From positions 67,112 to 131,111 of the forward strand of contig CAZEFT010000002.1 of NCBI GenBank assembly GCA_964511495.1: DNA of 64,000 nucleotides. Direction: 5' to 3'. Shown here piece after piece: positions 60,776 through 64,000 of this stretch. Below the pieces are notes generated by a model that was not told the origin of the DNA, made no database searches, and saw only the letters and a list, made by a program, of their open reading frames with translations. The translations under genes and the position numbers were made by a program. This DNA comes from an uncultured Algimonas sp. Its GTDB lineage: Bacteria > Pseudomonadota > Alphaproteobacteria > Caulobacterales > Maricaulaceae. How positions within the stretch are numbered: position 1 is the first letter of the stretch; each line of letters opens with the position of its first letter.

Positions 60776-63700
60776 CAGACTGGCTCAAAGACTTTGAAGC
60801 AAAGCGCGAACATCTTATCGCGGCTCATGCTTATGATCCGGAACATGAACGAGCTAATTGCGGCGTTGGTTTAGTGGCGTCTATTGATGGAACCGCGCGG
60901 CGCGATGTGGTTGAAAAATCCATTCAGGCTTTGAAAAATGTCTGGCATCGCGGCGCCGTTGATGCGGATGGAAAAACCGGCGACGGGGCCGGTATTCGCT
61001 TGGATATTCCTCAGGAATTTTTCCGCGCCCAAGTAGAAGAAACAGGCCATAAAGCCAGCTCTGCCAAAATTGCTGTCGGTATGATTTTTTTACCGCGGAC
61101 GGATTTTAATGCGCAGGAAGCGGCACGGACCATTGTTGAGTCTGAACTTCTGAAAGAAGGCTTCTATATTTACGGTTGGCGACAGGTTCCTATCAATATT
61201 GATATAATCGGCGAAAAGGCCAAGGCAACGCGTCCGGCCATTGAACAGGTTTTATTCCGCGATCCTAAAGGCCGTAAAGGCAATGCGCTTGAGCGGGAAT
61301 TATACATTGTGCGGCGGCGTATCGAAAAGCGTGTGATTGCAGAGGCGATACCCAGTTTTTATATCTGTTCGCTGTCTGTCCAAACCCTGATTTATAAAGG
61401 AATGTTTCTGGCGCAGGACATCGACAATTTTTTCACCGACCTGAAGGATGAGCGTTTCATTTCACGGGCTGCGATTTATCACCAGCGTTACTCAACCAAT
61501 ACTTTCCCGCAATGGTGGTTGGCACAACCCTTCCGCATGTTGGCCCATAATGGTGAGATTAATACGCTGAAAGCTAACCGTAACTTCATGAAGAGTCATG
61601 AGATTAAGATGGCCAATAGTGCTTTCGGGGAACGCGAAGAAGACGTGAAACCCGTCATTCAAAAAGGCAGCTCAGACTCTGCGGCGTTGGACGCCGTGTT
61701 TGAATTATTAGTGCGTGCCGGACGGACGGCCCCAATGGCCAAGACCTTGCTCGTCCCTGAGGCCTATTCGAAGCGTGGTGACCTCATGCCTGAAAACTGG
61801 CGCGCTCTTTATGAGTATTGCAATGCTGTGATGGAGCCGTGGGACGGCCCAGCGGCTTTGGCCGCCTATGACGGACGCTGGGTCATGGCAGGATTAGATC
61901 GAAATGGCTTGCGTCCTCTGCGTTATGCGATTTCTGACAACGGTATCATTGCCGTTGGCTCAGAAGCGGGAATGTGTCCAATGGATGAGAAGGACATCAT
62001 TAAAAAAGGAGCCTTGAAGCCAGGCCGCATGATTGCTGTAGATCTGGAAGATGGCAAATTTTATTCCTCCAAAGCCATTATGAATGAATTGGCGGATAAA
62101 CGGCCTTACCAAAAATGGTTGAAAAAAGTTGTCAATCTCGATGAGGCGTTATCCGGCTCAGAGCCTGCTGCCGCCTTGAAAGGGGAAGACCTTGTGCGTC
62201 GGCAGGTGTCCTGCGGTCAAACATTGGAAGATCAAGAGCTTATTCTGACCCCTATGGCCGAGACAGGCAAAGAATCGGTCGGTTCTATGGGAGATGACAC
62301 GCCTTTGGCTGTGTTGTCTGATATTTACAGACCGCTTTCGCATTACTTCCGTCAGAATTTCTCTCAGGTTACAAACCCACCAATTGATCCATTGCGCGAA
62401 ACGCGCGTCATGGGCTTGAAAACGCGTTTCCGTAATCTGCGTAATATTTTGGCAGAAGCTGGAAGCCAAACGAATGAAATGTTGGTTCTTGATAGTCCGG
62501 TGATGACAAATGGTATGTTTGACCGTTTCAAGGATATGGTTGGGAATAAACTTGTTGAGTTGGATTGTACCTTCCCGGTTCCTGAAGATGAGGGCTCACA
62601 AGGCCGCGCTTTACGGGATGTTTTGAGACGCATTCGGGAGCAAGCCAAAGAGGCGGTACTTAGCGGTGCAGAAAATATCGTTTTAACCGATGAAAATACA
62701 GGGGAGAGCAGAGCTGCTGCGCCTATGATTTTATGTACTGGGGCTGTGCAAACGGCTTTGGTCAATGAAGGTTTACGTTCATCTTGTTCAATTTTGGTGC
62801 GGTCTGCCGAGTGTCTTGACACGCATTATTTCGCTGTCCTGATTGGTGCGGGAGCAACGGCAGTAAATGCGTATATGGCTCAGGACTCCTTAGTTGATCG
62901 CGTGAATCGCGGCTTATTGGATATGAGCGCAGATGAGGCCGTCGCCCAATACAAAAAAGCGATTGAAGGCGGATTGTTGAAGATTATCTCCAAAATGGGG
63001 ATTTCTGTGATTTCATCCTATCGAGGCGGAAATAATTTCGAAGCGATTGGCCTGTCACGGGCCTTGGTCGGGGCAAACTTCCCGGGCATGACCAGTCGAA
63101 TTTCCGGCATTGGTTTGGCCGGCTTGGAAGCCAAAATTCTTGAAATTCACACTAGAGCTTATGACCCTTCTGTCGTCAGGCTGCCTATCGGCGGCCTTTA
63201 TCGCGTCCGCGCAAAAGGAGAGAGACACGCTTACCAAGCGGATATGATCCACATGTTGCAGGAAGCGGTTGGGCGCGAAGATTATGGGCTGTATAAGAAA
63301 TATGCGGAGGTCGTAAACTCTGCCAAGGCCATTCAAATTCGTGATCTTCTGGACATTAAGCCTGCGGGTAAGTCCCTACCACTTCATCGCGTTCAGAGCG
63401 TGAATGAAATCCGTCGACGTTTCTGTACGCCCGGAATGTCATTAGGAGCACTATCACCGGAGGCCCATGGCACATTGAATATCGCCATGAACCGTATTGG
63501 AGCGAAATCCGTTTCAGGCGAGGGCGGTGAAGATCGTGCGCGCTACAAACCACTTCCCAATGGCGATAATCCAAATTCGGCCGTCAAACAAATTGCCTCT
63601 GGGCGATTTGGTGTGAACGCCGAATATTTGAACCAATGTCGCGAGATTGAAATCAAGGTTGCGCAAGGTGCAAAACCGGGCGAGGGCGGCCAATTGCCGG

Positions 63701-64000
63701 GCTTTAAGGTCACGGAAATGATTGCGAAATTCCGGAATGCCACACCGGGTGTGACGTTGATATCACCGCCACCGCATCATGACATTTATTCTATCGAAGA
63801 TTTGGCGCAGTTGATTTATGATTTAAAACAAATCAACCCAACTGCGCGCGTTGCGGTCAAGCTTGTCGCCGCGTCCGGTGTTGGGACGATTGCAGCCGGT
63901 GTTGCCAAAGCCAAGGCTGATACTATCCTGATCGCTGGGCATAATGGCGGAACTGGGGCCTCACCAAATACGTCTTTGAAATATGCTGGATTGCCGTGGG
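60772..64000 (+). CDS. gltB: Glutamate synthase large subunit (3'-partial, runs off right edge)
   Basis: Not in the ORF track because it has no stop in the window. The frame is open from ATG 60772. N-terminal CGVGLVASIDG (Ntn amidotransferase Cys1), HQRYSTNTFP, and FMN-domain GHNGGTGASP near the edge. Confidence 0.95.
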   Translation, partial: MTDWLKDFEAKREHLIAAHAYDPEHERANCGVGLVASIDGTARRDVVEKSIQALKNVWHRGAVDADGKTGDGAGIRLDIPQEFFRAQVEETGHKASSAKIAVGMIFLPRTDFNAQEAARTIVESELLKEGFYIYGWRQVPINIDIIGEKAKATRPAIEQVLFRDPKGRKGNALERELYIVRRRIEKRVIAEAIPSFYICSLSVQTLIYKGMFLAQDIDNFFTDLKDERFISRAAIYHQRYSTNTFPQWWLAQPFRMLAHNGEINTLKANRNFMKSHEIKMANSAFGEREEDVKPVIQKGSSDSAALDAVFELLVRAGRTAPMAKTLLVPEAYSKRGDLMPENWRALYEYCNAVMEPWDGPAALAAYDGRWVMAGLDRNGLRPLRYAISDNGIIAVGSEAGMCPMDEKDIIKKGALKPGRMIAVDLEDGKFYSSKAIMNELADKRPYQKWLKKVVNLDEALSGSEPAAALKGEDLVRRQVSCGQTLEDQELILTPMAETGKESVGSMGDDTPLAVLSDIYRPLSHYFRQNFSQVTNPPIDPLRETRVMGLKTRFRNLRNILAEAGSQTNEMLVLDSPVMTNGMFDRFKDMVGNKLVELDCTFPVPEDEGSQGRALRDVLRRIREQAKEAVLSGAENIVLTDENTGESRAAAPMILCTGAVQTALVNEGLRSSCSILVRSAECLDTHYFAVLIGAGATAVNAYMAQDSLVDRVNRGLLDMSADEAVAQYKKAIEGGLLKIISKMGISVISSYRGGNNFEAIGLSRALVGANFPGMTSRISGIGLAGLEAKILEIHTRAYDPSVVRLPIGGLYRVRAKGERHAYQADMIHMLQEAVGREDYGLYKKYAEVVNSAKAIQIRDLLDIKPAGKSLPLHRVQSVNEIRRRFCTPGMSLGALSPEAHGTLNIAMNRIGAKSVSGEGGEDRARYKPLPNGDNPNSAVKQIASGRFGVNAEYLNQCREIEIKVAQGAKPGEGGQLPGFKVTEMIAKFRNATPGVTLISPPPHHDIYSIEDLAQLIYDLKQINPTARVAVKLVAASGVGTIAAGVAKAKADTILIAGHNGGTGASPNTSLKYAGLPW

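Noticed and set aside
62158-63743. Several 60-150-aa minus-strand ORFs near the right edge
   Set aside because: All lie antisense to the continuous gltB reading frame (60772 to the window end). That frame carries the canonical amidotransferase and FMN-domain motifs.

Overview
This is a chromosomal segment with alphaproteobacterial character, probably from a marine Caulobacterales or Hyphomonadaceae-like organism. That placement is inferred from a two-piece permuted tmRNA, an SspB-alpha-type adaptor, TTAA-N7-TTAA (CtrA-type) boxes, an FtsZ with a long P/A/Q-rich linker and a vertebrate-like N-acetylglutamate synthase.

Most of the window is core housekeeping. Nt 1771-19878 hold a complete, tightly coupled dcw cluster (mraZ-rsmH-ftsL-ftsI-murE-murF-mraY-murD-ftsW-murG-murC-murB-ddl-ftsQ-ftsA-ftsZ), preceded by a histidine kinase / receiver pair. 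It is followed by lpxC, bamD, recN and ligA. Further downstream are pepP, prmA, uvrD, fumC, sspB, a cytochrome P450, ssrA, an OmpA-like protein, an arginine-related M20/NAGS/M14 cluster, thyA, yjdM, folA, hflKC, degP, serB, miaA, uppP and gltD-GFA-gltB. gltB runs off the right edge and is therefore absent from the ORF track.

The clearest accessory element is a small low-GC insertion at about 26.1-28.9 kb, between the ligA-linked membrane gene and pepP. It carries an overlapping gene pair: an XRE-HTH / ImmA-IrrE zinc-metalloprotease fusion and a DUF4411 PIN-like nuclease. Next to the pair lie about 500 nt of ORF-free DNA and a purine-rich tract. I regard this as the best candidate for an uncharacterised defence or toxin-antitoxin-like system.

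I found no rRNA, tRNA, CRISPR array, transposase or integrase. All calls come from reading the sequence and translations by eye; no database search was run.
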